Assembly (NCBI GenBank): GCA_907165135.1
Contig: OU015567.1
Location: 1,488,001 to 1,552,000, forward strand
Direction: 5' to 3'
From: Oikopleura dioica
Lineage: Eukaryota; Animalia; Chordata
DNA: 64,000 nt
Shown: positions 24,601 through 38,105 of the stretch, one piece after another
How positions within the stretch are numbered: the first letter of the stretch is position 1
How the letters are laid out: each line of letters starts with the position of its first letter
Translations under genes and position numbers: made by a program
The notes under the pieces: model-generated
Databases searched by the model: none
Seen by the model: the letters and a program-made list of their open reading frames with translations, nothing else
Told to the model about the DNA's origin: nothing

Positions 24601-27600
24601 CGCGACGACTTCCTCATTTCCGTCGACTCTTCTAGCTTCTCCTTGTCCGTCGGTCAGACAGAAAATCCTACTGTAAAGAAAATGGTGGTCGATACAAACA
24701 TCGACAACCGCTTCGGCCGGACCATTGTTCAATCCAAAGTGCAAAACTCTCATCCGACACCGAGAGATGCTGTTTTCTCCGTCTTTCTTCCAGATAGCGC
24801 GTTTATCACGAGTTACAAGCTGTACATCAGAAATCACACGTATCAAGGAGAAATTATCGATCCAGTCCATGCGGATAAGAAGACTGACTGGCTATCGCCC
24901 AGTACAGTTGTACCGGACAAAAATGATGATCACGAGTGGAAAGTCAAGGTTAGTTGGAACATTTTATTGAATATACAAAAAATCATAAAGGAAATCATTA
25001 TTCAATATTCGAATCATAGGGAACTACAAGACATCGAAAGTAATGTTGTCATTTTATAAAAATAATATTACTTAAATTGACATTTCTGCTTTATCTTTTT
25101 GATTTTTCGACGAAGCAAAAATCATAATAGAAAAGGTTGAAACAACAATTATATTTCATTTTTTGGGTACGGAATCCGTACTACGGATAGAAAATGGTTC
25201 GCCTTTTATGCCCTTTTTGGCACCTTGATTTCAATCTTTCCACTCTAGAACTTTTTTGATTGAACAGCTGACCGCTCTTTATTGTTCTTCTGATCGTTTG
25301 ATACCGGTAAATTGGACGAGAAACACTTAAAATTTTAATCCCATAGATTAAAGAAAAACGTGTTCAACCCCGTCAGAAGTCAGGCATAAAATAAACGAAA
25401 ATAAACGGATTTTTCTATTTATAGGTTCGAATGGACTCCTGGGACGAGGCGCTGTTCGAGCTTGTCTACGACGAACCCATGTCCAAAACTGACGGCAAAC
25501 ATCCCTACCACGTCAACTTACAGGTCAGTACTCATCGAAATCGTCGACTTTGATGGACAAAAATCCTTTTTTAATCTCTCAAAAAGATCATTGTTCTAGC
25601 AAGCGCTAAGGGTTTAAAATCGAGAACCTGACTTAATCAAAAAAAATTAACAGAGTGATACCCTTATTTTCGTATTAAGCGATATAATAAGAAAAAATAC
25701 TTGAAAAAATCTTCTTGAAGGTTCTCATTTCTCTTTTTTTTTATCCATTCAAACTGATTTTTTTAGGGAAAACAACCAATCGAAGAGCTCGATTTCAAAG
25801 TCTCCTTGTATGATTCTGACGGTATCGCCGACGTCCACGTGATCAACACAGAAGAGGAAGAAGACTCCGACCAAATAATGAGCCGCACTCAAGTAAACCG
25901 CCCATTCGGAGGCGGACTGAGTGGATTTGGACTCGCGTCAGGTGCCGATATCAAAATAGACGAGACGAAGAAATCCGCCAAAATCAGTTTTTCACCTTCT
26001 GCTTCGATCGCTGGCTTCTCTCGTGGACTCGCAATGGGCGAAGGAACGTGTTGGAAACATCTTTTTACACGAAACTTAATCGCGGGGGTAAAACATAACA
26101 GCTTGTTTTTCAAAATTTCGCATGACGATTTTGAACAAAAAATTGAAAAAAAAATCGCGGCCCAATTTTCGGGGAGGTGTCAGAAACCGACAAAAATATT
26201 TCGACAAATTTTGCGTGGAAATTTTCAACCAATCAGAAGCCTGGATTCGGCAAATCGGCCAATCAGCAACCGAGTAGCCGTCCACGCAAAATTTGTCGAA
26301 ATTTTTTTGTCGGTTCCAGGCACCACCCCCAATTTTCGAGCCAGTATTCTAAAACCAAGATTTTTTTCTTCAGACATTTGTTATACATAATCTCAATGTC
26401 TAGTGCGTTGAGCAAGATGAAATTCTAGATCGCTCACTTGTCAGATAAGTCCCCGTGTCGCCGCAATTTTCAAGGATTGATTGGGTTCTAAAAACATTCA
26501 TTTTTTTCTGCAAGTTTTCAAAAAATTGGAATTCATAAAAAAAAAGACTTTTTTCGAAACCGCATTTAGGGGCTTTTTGAACATTACCAAACACGTGTCA
26601 GGTTCTTCAGGTGGTGCTGGAGGGGCAGAGTCCTTAGAAGGAATGGGGCTAGCTGACACTGTAATTAATCCCAAACACAGGCTGATCCGACCGCCGGGTC
26701 GGCTTCTTGTGGTTCTTTACCGCGTGATCAGGCAACTCTAGAAACAACGTGATTAACCTTAGTACCAAGTCGAAAAAAGTGACTTTCGATCATCATTTTC
26801 GAGCTCAAAACTAGCCTCAAAAAGGAGCCAAATTTGAAATGGAATATTCGACCGAAACAAATTCTGCTGAAGATTTTTGCACTATCACCGCCGATGGAGA
26901 ATATTTCGTGCAATTTTGTGATCCACCAGTGCCAAGCTTTGTCAATGATTCTTCGTCGATCGGTTTGTTTTCAAGATTTTAGCTTAAAAAAATAAGCACA
27001 TTTTGATTTTTCTGAAAATTTTTTTATCGTGAAAACTCATGAAAATATCATCTTCGACGACGGCACTGAAAATGTCACGAATATCACGAATGTCTCGAAT
27101 GTCACGAAATTGACCACTTTTTAATTCAGGAAAATACGACTACCACGTGACCTTTGTAATCGACACTTCTGGTTCCATGTTCGGCGAGAAGCTCAAGGCC
27201 TCGGTCGATGGTATTCTAGCGGCGCTGAGAGGATTGACCCCAGCTGATAGGTTCAACATTGTCAGGTAATTGTTCTTGAGAAGACTGTTTTTGGGGATAA
27301 AATGGACTATCTTTAACTCAACACTTTTGACTTTCAAAACGTCAAAATTGACCTGTTCGTTATAACGAGGCTCAATTATCTTATCTCCTTAATCCGCTCT
27401 TAGTCGGTATGGATTTTAACGTTGTGTAAACGTTCCAGCACGATGCGGAAATTATTTAAGGGGATCGCTGTTTGTGGCAATTTCGCGCAGACATGGCAAC
27501 GTGTGTCACGAAAAAAAGCTTGTTCCCACATTCATAACGGGAGGAGCAATATTTTTTATCAAAACTCGCATTTCTAATACGATTATGAAAAACTTGATTT

Positions 27601-30552
27601 ATTACGAAACCCGCTCTTTGCGTCAATCAAGGTTATTAACATCTTAAAATCATTTTTTTTCTTCACTTAAGGGTACTACCTTCGATTTCCAAAATGGGCT
27701 TTATCTTTTAAGTTCATAAAAATTGGTATAAAAAAATTTATCGAAGGTAGTATCCTTAAGATTAAGTAGGCATTGCCTTAATTCGAAAGTTAACGTAGTG
27801 ACACCCTTAAAATTTTTACTCGAAAACATTTTAAAAATTAGAAACATTATTAAAATCACGTTTTCATTCGAGATGCGAATATTTCAATCTAAACAGACAC
27901 TTTCACATCCTCCCGCAAATATGATTTCCCATGTTTTTGGTAAAAATACTCAAACTAGGAATGGATGTTTCGAAACTTGTTGAGGTGTCATTTTTGATGG
28001 GGGTAAATACTCAATTTTTCATAATCATTTTTGGCTACTTTAGACGCTGAATATTCCATATTCTCTTTTCAGTTTCTCACGATCAGAAGATCTTTTCTCC
28101 GAGTCGAGTGTTACTGCAGATGAAGATTCAATTTCTAGAGCCGCGGCTTGGCTCATGTCACTTCGTCGTGGTGGGGTTTCGTCTATTATGGTCAGTCGCA
28201 AATCCAATATTTCCATTCTTGATCCTCTTTTTTGTTAACTTGTATTTTGGGCTTGCTGGAACGGAAATCCTTTTTTTAAACAAAAAAAATTCTTCTCAAA
28301 AATTTTTAAGTCTGGTGTCCAAAGCGCCATTGCCCACACCTCAATGGAATTGTCCCCTTCACACATCCCCTTGATTGTAATTGTGACGGATTCTGTGTCC
28401 GACGCGACGGAAGAAAACTTCCAAATCGCTCTCAATTCCATTTCCAATTCCGCCGCCGAGCAGATTTCGATTTCATCGCTGGCAGTTGGCTACACTGACA
28501 CTTCTTCTTGGCAGTTTCTTCAGCGGCTTTCGACGAGAAACAGGGGTGTTGCGTACAGACTGTTTGATCTGACCCAATTTGAAACGATGATCCCGGAGAA
28601 GGTTGAAGGAATCAAGAAATTTGCAAGGAGCGTTCTCGGAAAACAAAATTAGCAGTGTGATACCCTTAGTCCGAAACGCTCAGTTTTGCTTGAAATATCG
28701 TTTCGACGCGCCAAAAATGATGATAAATTTTCAATTTCGACCTCTTCGACCCGCTAAAATTGCCAAAAAAGCGTCAAAAACGTAACTGTGAAATTTCTCA
28801 GATAAATTTTGATCCCTTTTGATTCCTCTCATTTTATCAATTTTCTCAGAGATCATGGTTAGATTTCCATCCGCACTTGACTCGGCTTACTGAAGTCGTT
28901 TTCGAAATTTAAGAAGAAAAAAGAACAATTGAATTTTCAAAATATTCAAAAAAGACAGTAGCTCGAGAACGCTTGCAAGATCGTTGCGTGGCCTGACTGA
29001 CGTGCACTTTTCATTCAACAGCGAGAGTGTGAGCGACTTGACGGATACTTCCTTCTCGCATTTCACAGCTGGGGAGGATTTGGTTGTTCTGGGCAAGTTT
29101 GTTGGCGATGCTCCTGAATTCTTAGGTAAAAAAAATTTTTAAAAAGAAAATATAGAAATCATAACTGCTGGTAGTCTTCAATTTATAAAGATTTTTTTGA
29201 TATGAAATCTATAGCCAAAGAATCCGTAGTAATAGACTAGAACTCGACAAGGAGGAAGTGATCATTTGTATTTTCCTTTAGATTTCACGATCGAATACCG
29301 AGATGTCGAAGACAATCTGATCTCCTTCACCAAGTCCGTCGGCGTCTCTCAGCTGGACAAAACCGGCGATCGTGCCGAAACCATCGCCAAATTCTCCGCC
29401 GATCAATCCGACTACAACCCGATCCGGCAGCAATGGGCGGTAACCGCCGTTCACCAGCTTTTGAAACGTCGCGCTCAGGCCAACAATCAAGTCGACTTCG
29501 ACGAATTGACAAAACAGGCGGCAAAGTTGAGCAGAAAGTTCAAAATCGTCTCTCCAGTCGTTTCATTCTTGGTCCGAAGACCGAAATCAAGAGCGAATCT
29601 GATCGATCCGGCCAACGAAAATGGCCTCAGAGAGAAACGAAGCGCGGAAATTGCGGAATCGCACGAGATCCACTACCAATACAGAAAACTGTGGTGGAGA
29701 AGCGATGAAAAAGATGAGCTAGAGAAGAGCGCAGAGGAAAGTCTTCAAAATCAACATCTTCAGTTCGCGGCGTTGACTGGTTTCCCTCTTTCTTTCTCGA
29801 GGAAACTGGAGAACTCGGAGGAAAAAGTCTGCTTAGCATTGCCTGGAGGAGTCGTTAATGGAAGAGTAAAGCTGGCAGAGAACGAGGAGTACTCGATTGT
29901 TGGCGATATTCGGAAATATAAGCTGATGAGTCTCAACATTAGGTTCGTACTCTTCCTTGATTTCAATTCGAAAAAAAAAGAAACATGAAAAAATGACGTT
30001 AAAAACTTCCTCTTCAAACAAATTTAACACGTCTTGGAAAAAATCACTACTAAGGGGATTTCCGGAGGGTGCTCCACAATCATCTTACCAGTAGAAAGTC
30101 GTTTTCCGAACCGCTTGATTTGCACGCCTTCCCGGATTTCACGCTCCAAACTTTCAAATTCTTCTTTCAGTAATTAAATCATCTTCTTTAGAATCAACGA
30201 GGAGACGATTAAAGTGACGAATACATCGATAACCATCAATGGCAAGGCTTCAACTGGGCACCCAACCTTGAGAATCGAAGATAATCTGGTTCACTTTTCC
30301 CCGAAAGAAGCAAAATCTAGCTTCACGATTCATCGGCTTGGACGAAGACTAGATCTATCAGCGGAAATTGATCTTGAAGAAACGAATGGATTCCTCCCGA
30401 GTCTTTTGGAAGTCGAAAGTCTGCTGCTCGAGGAAATCACGGAAAAACACAAAACAGCGATGCTCTGGGTTCATGGCAAACACTTGCTTGCTCACAGAGA
30501 GGAAAACTGCTGGAAACTTGATGCTGAGCAAGTCGACTCGCTTTTCGCTTAA
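21632..30552 (+). CDS. Large secreted VWA7/hemicentin-like vWA region fused to an inter-alpha-trypsin inhibitor heavy chain (VIT-vWA-ITIH C) region; multi-exon
   Basis: Signal peptide at 21632. VWA7-like motifs include ARKNIGQAL and LYRVLAKFTNGRLY...VSLDSTLKSLTI. The VIT domain reads MVVDTNIDNRFGRTIVQS...FLPDSAFITS. Also GEYFVQFCDP, the MIDAS FVIDTSGSM (about 27153-27179) and an ITIH-type C-terminus. Exons at 21900-23280 were not fully resolved. Confidence 0.75.
26170..26330. repeat. Intronic imperfect inverted repeat (MITE-like) enclosing two CCAATCAG boxes
   Basis: tttcgacaaattttgcgtgga and tccacgcaaaatttgtcgaaa form perfect inner arms that extend imperfectly to about 50 bp. Confidence 0.6.
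27671..27755. mobile_element. 85-bp TTAA-flanked mini-element in an intron
   Basis: TTAA|gggtactaccttcgat...atcgaaggtagtatcc|TTAA, a 16-bp TIR with one mismatch. Confidence 0.7.
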
Positions 30553-31009
30553 AAATCCAAAAATTCCAAAAATTCCACAAAAAAATGCCGCTGAAAAAAA
30601 CGCTTCACAACTGTACAAAACCTTTATTTCCCTGTTTACTAATCCCAACTCCTCCTTCAATTCTTGCGAGATCCCGAACGAGAGCTTTTTTTTACAACTT
30701 TAATTTTGAAAAATTTTGATCCTTAAATTTCGCGATTCAAAAGATAACAGCTAAGTTTTTTTTGCGATTATCAAAACCGGTAGAATGTAAATATTTTTTT
30801 GTAAATTATGAATAGAAACTTTGCTTCGAGATTTTTGAAAGGTCCAATGGATGGAACTTTTGCAGATAAAGATAACTTTTATTTGGGAGCTTTTGTTCGG
30901 AGACCATATCGAAGATCTTTTTTTATAATAAACATCAAAATCAATATATTTTCCTTGTTGATTTCAATTTATTCAGATCACCCAATTTTTGATCAGAAAG
31001 AACAAAAGC

Positions 31010-32823
31010 TTAAACATAGCAGTAGTCAGAAGAGCAAAAGCGCTTGCATTCATCCGGAGAGGACAGGAAGAGAGTTGGTCTGTAGCAGTCTCCTGTATGT
31101 TCAGTCAGATTTTGGGTAGACGTGACATGATTCCCATCCCACTCAACTCTCTCCACCATGTTGCTAGAAAAATCTCGTGTATTGACTAGTCGATGCATTT
31201 TTGTACCTTTCGCCGCCATCGACAACCAAAAAGCCGCCAGCGACAATGATCATCGATCCGTATTTGTACGTCTTTAAAAATTTGAAATTGATGAAATGTA
31301 AGAGTATTAACATACGTTTGATAACTCGCCAACTTGACTCCATGCACCATTTTGCAAAAAGAAAACATCTTTGATATACTCATAATTCTTGTACCCACCA
31401 GTTGTTATGACTCCATCGTCGATTGTAAGACAGGCGTGAAACTGTAACCTCAGGGGGTGACTTTCTTTGTAAGCCCAACCGCTTATTTTGATTAATAATT
31501 TTTTCATTTTATAATCTTTACTTTGTTCCTAGAATTTCGACGTAAGAATTTCCGCCGGCAACAATCAGCGGTTTTCCATCAAACAATCCCATGCAGCCAC
31601 TTGTATGAAGGTTTTGCGTCCGATCTATTTCTGAAATCGACAAAGTCCCTCTGTGTTCGAAGATTTCTTGACAATAGCCATAATTATTATTGCCGGAATA
31701 CAGAACGATCTCATCGGATGTCGATCTAGTCAGGCCGCTTTCAGATGGAATAACAACCAGACTCCCCATATAAGTGTACTCTCTGGCAAGCCGCATTGAC
31801 ATTTGTTTAAATTCGCAATCTTGGAGTTTTGCGATCTATAACAAGTAAGCACTTTATTTGTTATAAATATGATACAACCTGTCTGTTGTCATATTGTCCA
31901 CCAAAGAAAAACATCTCTCCATTAACAAGGGCTGATCCCGACCCGTAAAGAAACGGAAAATACCCATAACCATAATAGTAATCATCCAAAATCGCACGAG
32001 GCGTAACAAAATGACGATCCTCCTTCAAGAGCGTTAAAACATAAGATTGTTACTATAAATCAATTTTCAGAAATACAAACGTCAAGTGAGTCCATGAAAC
32101 GCTTCCTGGAAAGAACCATCGACTGAAATAATGTAGGAAAAATTCGCCGGATTTTCATAATATTGATTGTCCATGTTGTAATCGCCCATTTGACAAACCA
32201 CCATCACATTCTCCTGACAGAAAGCATCATTGTCGCATGGACATCCCCACTCACAGCCGCTCATACAAGGGCAGCTTTGCGAGGTTTCTTTGAAGTCGTT
32301 GTAACAATTATCGAAGCATTCTTCATCGGGTCTACAATTCTTAATGCATTCGTCAAATGATTTGGATGATCGGTCGATGCACTGCTTGTAGCCATCGTTG
32401 TCGATTTGGGCTTGATCGCAGACGCAGTATTGGCTCGCACAGCCATCACAACCTGATGGGCATTCATCGAAGCATGGGCAACTCACATAACAGGCTAAGT
32501 ACAAACAATGAGGAAGAAAAAGACAATGTTTAATCTTACAAGTATAATCATGAAGACATGTCCTTTCACAAGAAGATGATTCGCAGGACTCAAGACAAGT
32601 CATTAAACTCGAATAGCATTGTGAATCGCAAATCAATCCGAGCTCTTCGTCTCTAGAAAAGTGAATTTCTGCTGAAAATCACTGAATAAACTTACGGACA
32701 TTCTTGATTGAATATATTGGGCCTCTCGATTAAACCAGTTAATTGACCATTAATAGACAGCTGATCCCCTTTTAATCCGTCGGCGAAGTTATCAAAAATT
32801 AAGAAAACAAGGAGAAAAATCAT
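31010..32823 (-). CDS. Secreted Cys-rich plus Kelch-like beta-propeller protein, copy A (apparent 1-nt frameshift near 31175)
   Basis: MIFLLVFLIF signal, then CxxxCxxxC repeats, then Kelch-like GCMGLFDGKPLIVAGG and CLTIDDGVITTGG. Collinear with copy B. Confidence 0.65.
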
Positions 32824-33100
32824 ACTCTCTCCGTATTACGGACTCTGAGAGAAATGAAGGTGGTTCTTCCTAAAGAATTGCTCAATCGCAAATATCATGT
32901 TGGAAACCTGCTATTTGCCAAGTCATAATTCTTTCGATAGAGATCAAATGGATTAAACTTTTACAGATAAAGATAATTTTTATTGAGAAGCTTTTATTCA
33001 GAGACCATGTTGAAGATCTTTTTTTAAAATAAATATCAAAGACAAAATTTATTGTCGTTAATGTCTAGGAAAGCCAAAATGAAAAAAAAGGTAAAGAGAG

Positions 33101-34916
33101 TCAGAAATAACAAAAATCATCAGAGCAAAAGCTTTTGCATGTTCCAGGCGAAGTCAAAAAAAGAGCCGGTCGATAGCAGTTGCCTGGTTGCTGTGCAAGA
33201 TTTCGAGTTAAAACCACTCGTTGTCCGTCCCATTCAACTCGCTCTATCATATTGCTAAAATCTTTTGAAAGTGGTTGTTGGGAATGGTTATACCTATTTT
33301 CCGTCGAAAAGGGTACTCCGTCAAAAATCAAGAACCCGCCTTGAACGGCAATCATTGATCCATATCTATATGTCTTAATTTATTTTTAAATATAAGCGCT
33401 AAGCAAAACTTGCATTTATCAATTGACCAACTTCACTCCAATCTTCATCTCGAAACATATAAACGTTTGTGTTTTCCGAGACTCCACCAGTTGTGATGAC
33501 AGCATTCTCGACAGTCAAGCAAGAGAGTTCGGAAACTGATTGGTAGTAGCTATTTTTATAGACCCATTCGCTAAAAATGTGAATAAACTTTTCCTTTTCG
33601 ACCATTTTACCTTGAGTAAAGATGCTCTACTCGAGCTGTGCCTCCAGCGACAATTAAAGGTTTCCCTTGATACAGCCCCATGCATCCACGTTGATGATAT
33701 GATTGTGTATCTGCAATTTGTGTCGCTGTTCTGCGAAACTCGTAAAAATCTTGGCAAGAGTTACTTGTACATAAGATGACTTCGTCTGAAGACAAGCGAG
33801 ATCCACTATTGTTTGGGATAACGACGAGAGTAGATGTGTAATCGTAGTCGTAGATGAGTCTCATTGACGTCGGCTGAATCTCGCATTCGTCTAATTGAGC
33901 AACCTAAAGAATTATTATTTGTATTATAACTTATAATTTATAACTTATAAATTATAAGTATAATGAAAGGCTCTTATTTTCCGTATTCCTACCATTTTCT
34001 TGTCATATTCACCGCCAAAAAAGAGTATCTTTCCATTGACTAGAGCAAATCCCGATCGATGAAGAAACGGAACTTTGTTGTAATAATTAGATCCTCCTGC
34101 AGGAGGCGTCGTAAAATAGCGATTCTCCTTATTTTGAGCTCGCTAGAATATAAATCTCATTTTTATACCTTCCTTATTGCCAATAAGTTATTGGCTTTGA
34201 AACTCTTCCTGAAAGAGACCATCAGCAGAAATAATGTAAGAGTAGTTCGCTGCTTTTCCATCATTGAGACTATCAATTTGACAAAGGCTCATAATATGCT
34301 CTTGACAGGTAGAATCATCATTGCACGGACAGCCCCACTTGCATGCGCTCATACATGGGCACTTTCGAGAAGCATCCTTGAAATCTTCAATGCACACATC
34401 GAAACACATTTCGTCCGGTGGACAGCCCTCGACACATTGATTAAATCTTTGTGAAGATTGACTGATACATTGCTTGTAATCATCATTGTCTGTCTCCGCA
34501 TTTGAGCAAGAGCAAAGCGAATTCGGACATCCATCACAGCCATTCGGACAATTTTCAAAGCAGGGACAATCAACATAGCAAGCTAAGCTTCAATTTTAGA
34601 CCAGACAAAAGTACCAAACACAACTTACAAGTATATTCATAAAGACATGATCGCTCACAAGATGATGTTTCGCAGGACTCAACGCATTCTTCGAAACTCG
34701 AGAAGCATTGAGAGTCGCAAATTAATCCAATCTCTTCGTCTCTTTATAATGATTTTTAAACCAATTTAATTTGAAATCTTTAGCTTACGGACATCGTCGA
34801 TCGACTATCTTCGGTCTTTTAGCAATAGAAGCCAATCGATTGTCAGGAGAAATTCGGCCCTTCTCTAATCCTGCATCACAGTAACCAATAATCAAGAAAA
34901 CAAGGAGGAAAATCAT
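33101..34916 (-). CDS. Secreted Cys-rich plus Kelch-like beta-propeller protein, copy B
   Basis: MIFLLVFLIIGYC signal, Cys repeats, GCMGLYQGKPLIVAGG, CLTVENAVITTGG, ending ...CSDDFCYF*. Confidence 0.7.
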
Positions 34917-35141
34917 GCTCTCTCCGTATTCCCGCCCCATTGTGAAGCTTTGCCGTTGAATTGCTAAATAGCAAATTTCATGTTCGAAATCTGGTATTTG
35001 CGTAGTCATCATTCTTCCGATAAACTTTAGTAAAGGTCCCACGCCCAATAAATTGTCCGAATGAGTTTTTTCATGCGACTTTATTTGTGAATAAAACAGT
35101 CAATGGAATTTAAACACGCATTATTTTTTTTAGATCTGAGC

Positions 35142-36614
35142 TTATGAGCCGTTTGGAAGTTGCTTTATCGGGGGCTCTTTTTCAGGAAGCGCTATTCGAA
35201 TTGCATTTTTGATGTCTCGAATAAGATCTTGAGCGTTTTCAAGCCCTACGGAGAGTCGGATCATGCTTTTTGTGATGCCGATTTTTTCTTTGTGTTCTTC
35301 AGTGACATTCGCATGTGTCATTGAATACGGGTGCTGGAAAAGTGACTCGTAGCCTCCCAAAGACACTGCAAGCGAGATGATTTTGGTCGATTGTAGAAAT
35401 TTTCTGGTTTCGTTTTCGGAAGCTTAATATTTTTGGATATTTTTTCTTTGGTCTTTTGAGCACCTTTCAAAGTGAAAGTTATCATTCCAGCAGCAGTTTT
35501 GGAGAACTTCTTGAGCGTCTGAAAATCTGAATGGGATTGAAGACCTGGATACCAGACAGTGTCTATGCGTTCGCATTGATCCAACCACTGAGCGATTTCG
35601 AGCGCATTTTCGTGGTGTTTTTGCATTCTTAGATGAAGGGTCTTTATTCCGCGATTGACAAGATAGGCATCAAATGAAGAAGGTACGCCTCCTAGGTAAA
35701 CTTGAGCCGTGAACAAGGCTTCCTTGATCGAATCGCTTTTATTGATATAAACGGGCCTGAAAAATATACGAGACTTTTTAGTTTTATCAATTCCTGTTAG
35801 TTGCGACAAGCCCGGAAAGTGAGTCACTATGGCCATTCAGATACTTGGTGGCCGAGTGAACAACAATGTCGGCTCCGTGATCGAGTGGCTGGAAATTCCA
35901 GGGAGTGAGAAAAGTATTGTCGACAATGACAAGGGTTTCTTTGTTGATTTCATGAACGGCTTTCGCGATGGCTGGCACATCATTGACGCGGAGAAGAGGG
36001 TTCGTTATCGTTTCAAGAAAAACAAGCTATGGATTCAATATGGTGAATGAAACAAGAAAAGGCTTTACTTTCGTGTTATTTTTGATTTTCTTATTCAGCT
36101 CTTCAATTTTCCTAGTATCGACCATATCCATCTCGAGGCCATTTTTCTTCGCAAAGTTGTTGAAGAACCAGTTTGTTCCTCCGTAGACGTCATCACCGCA
36201 AATCACATGATCGCCAGCCTGAGCGAGTGACTGGACGCAAGCAGTAATCGCAGCCATTCCAGACGCAAAGGCGAAACCATGCTTGGCGTTTTCAAGCTTG
36301 GCGATATTTTTCTCGAGGCTTTCTCGCGTTGGATTTCCAAGTCTATGAGTTTTAATTCTCTATTTTGGTCAATTTGATATTGAAACCAACCTTGAGTAGA
36401 TGTACGTCCCGTTAGTCAGGTCCGGGATTCCAATATCCGCCATTTTGTATGTCGAAGTCGTCATGATCGGAGGAGAAACAGAGTTGAAATTTGCATCACT
36501 TGGTTCGTATCCGCCATGGATTGCGTTGGTTTCGAAGCTGTATCCTACTGATAACTCAGAAAAAGAAGTTAACCCGTTCATAATTTGAACATCCTCTGAA
36601 GCTGTTTTAGCCAT
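35142..36614 (-). CDS. CTH: Cystathionine gamma-lyase (PLP-dependent), multi-exon
   Basis: ETNAIHGG, YSRL/GNPTRESLE, FASGMAA, DDVYGGT, VDNTF, HSATKYLNGHSD (PLP Lys), GIKTLHLRM, SLGGYESL, IRLSVGLE. Confidence 0.93.
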
Positions 36615-37152
36615 TTTAGCTGATGATGATTATAAGAAAAATATCCATGACCATCATTTTTATATGATATCATTCAAGGTGGCGCTTTTTCGCGTCAAGA
36701 GGCGGGGTAAAAAATGATCGTTTGTTTCTTCAAAAATGACATTTCAAATGTACATTTGTTAACCTCAAAAACAAACCAGAATGAACTAAAACCACAAGCT
36801 AATTAACATATCGTCAGAACTAAATGCTAAGTACTTGACCGGAATATAAAGACCTTGGCAATAACTCTTTGAAGTTTTCATTTTCACACGACCATTAAAA
36901 TAATCACGTCGAACAAAGTTCATACTCCGGAATGTTCCAAACAGCCTCAACGGAAAATAATTTTGGTTCGGCTTGTTTATTAAATTTGCAGGTGATCATG
37001 TGGATTTACAGTCGTGCAAAAATTTCGAATTCTTCTTCTACATCTTTCAAAAATGTTCAGTTTAACCTTCTCATTCAGATGAAGAAATCCGGATATAGTC
37101 GTCGATGTCGCAGTTAGACTTGCGTGCCCAAATTTTATTTGCGGACTTTTTG

Positions 37153-38043
37153 CTAAATAAATAAGTTTTTATAGGAAAAAAAGCTTGATTTAATACCTTT
37201 GCGGAAGGAGAAAAGCTTTTCGCTTCCCTTCCTTAATTTTTCATTGTATTTTCGAAGATGAGAAAAGATTATTTTTGAAAGATCGAGGGAAGCTTTCAAC
37301 AGAAGAAACGCGACCGAGCAAATGCCAATAATCGTGAAGATTATTTGAATCGTATTTGGAGTGCATCTTGCAATTTGAGGCAAAAATTTAAAAGAAAAAA
37401 TTAAAAAGACTTACGAATAAAGTCGGTGTTCAGCTAACGCCTGGCAGTCACAGTAAATCTCTGTAAAATTGGCGGCTTCTGGAGGCGTTGGATCTGGGAT
37501 GGGATTGAGTCTCAACGAGTCCCATTCGAAAGCATTCATTGAAACAAATTCCTCGGGAAGAGATGGAGAGGCACGAGTTCTTGAGTTCTGGACGTCGATG
37601 AATTTTGCATGACTGTGCTTTGAATTCTTGAAGAGGGCACCTTTAGGGCAAAATTAAATCAGCAAAGATGGGAAAAACAAAACTCGAGGAAGATATTGAA
37701 AAACTTGATAATAGGAACTTTCATCTTCTTGTTTTCGAATATATTCGACTTTTCGCCGTCAAAGCATTGTTCTTCCAAAATTGTTTGTCGGCAGAAAAAG
37801 ACACGGTAAAAAGCAAGATAATATAAAAGAAGAAGGATAAAAAAACCGATCCCTCGAAGAAAAAAGAGCATTTTCATGTTTTAAAGATGAATTTTAATTG
37901 CACGGAATCGCAAGAAATTCTGGACGGCTTCGCGAATGAGTGAGTTAAAAAAAAAAAAATTCTTAGAATCTTTAGCGCGATTATTTGTGAAATTGCTCCT
38001 TTGGATTTTATCAGAGATGTACTCAAACCCTTCGTCGATCATT
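37153..38043 (-). CDS. Putative membrane protein, multi-exon, unknown family
   Basis: Coding-like segments with two hydrophobic stretches (GIGFFILLLLYYLAFY and IIFTIIGICSVAFLLL). Splicing only partly resolved. Confidence 0.35.
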
Positions 38044-38105
38044 TCTGTTTTCCTCCTCTGGTTTGTTCGTATTTTTTTATTATTTTGAAATAATTTATTG
38101 AAGAC

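Noticed and set aside
25420-25440. GGTTCGAAT resembling a tRNA T-loop
   Set aside because: It is an intron acceptor plus exon start (tttatag|GTT CGA ATG) of the ITIH-like gene. No cloverleaf.
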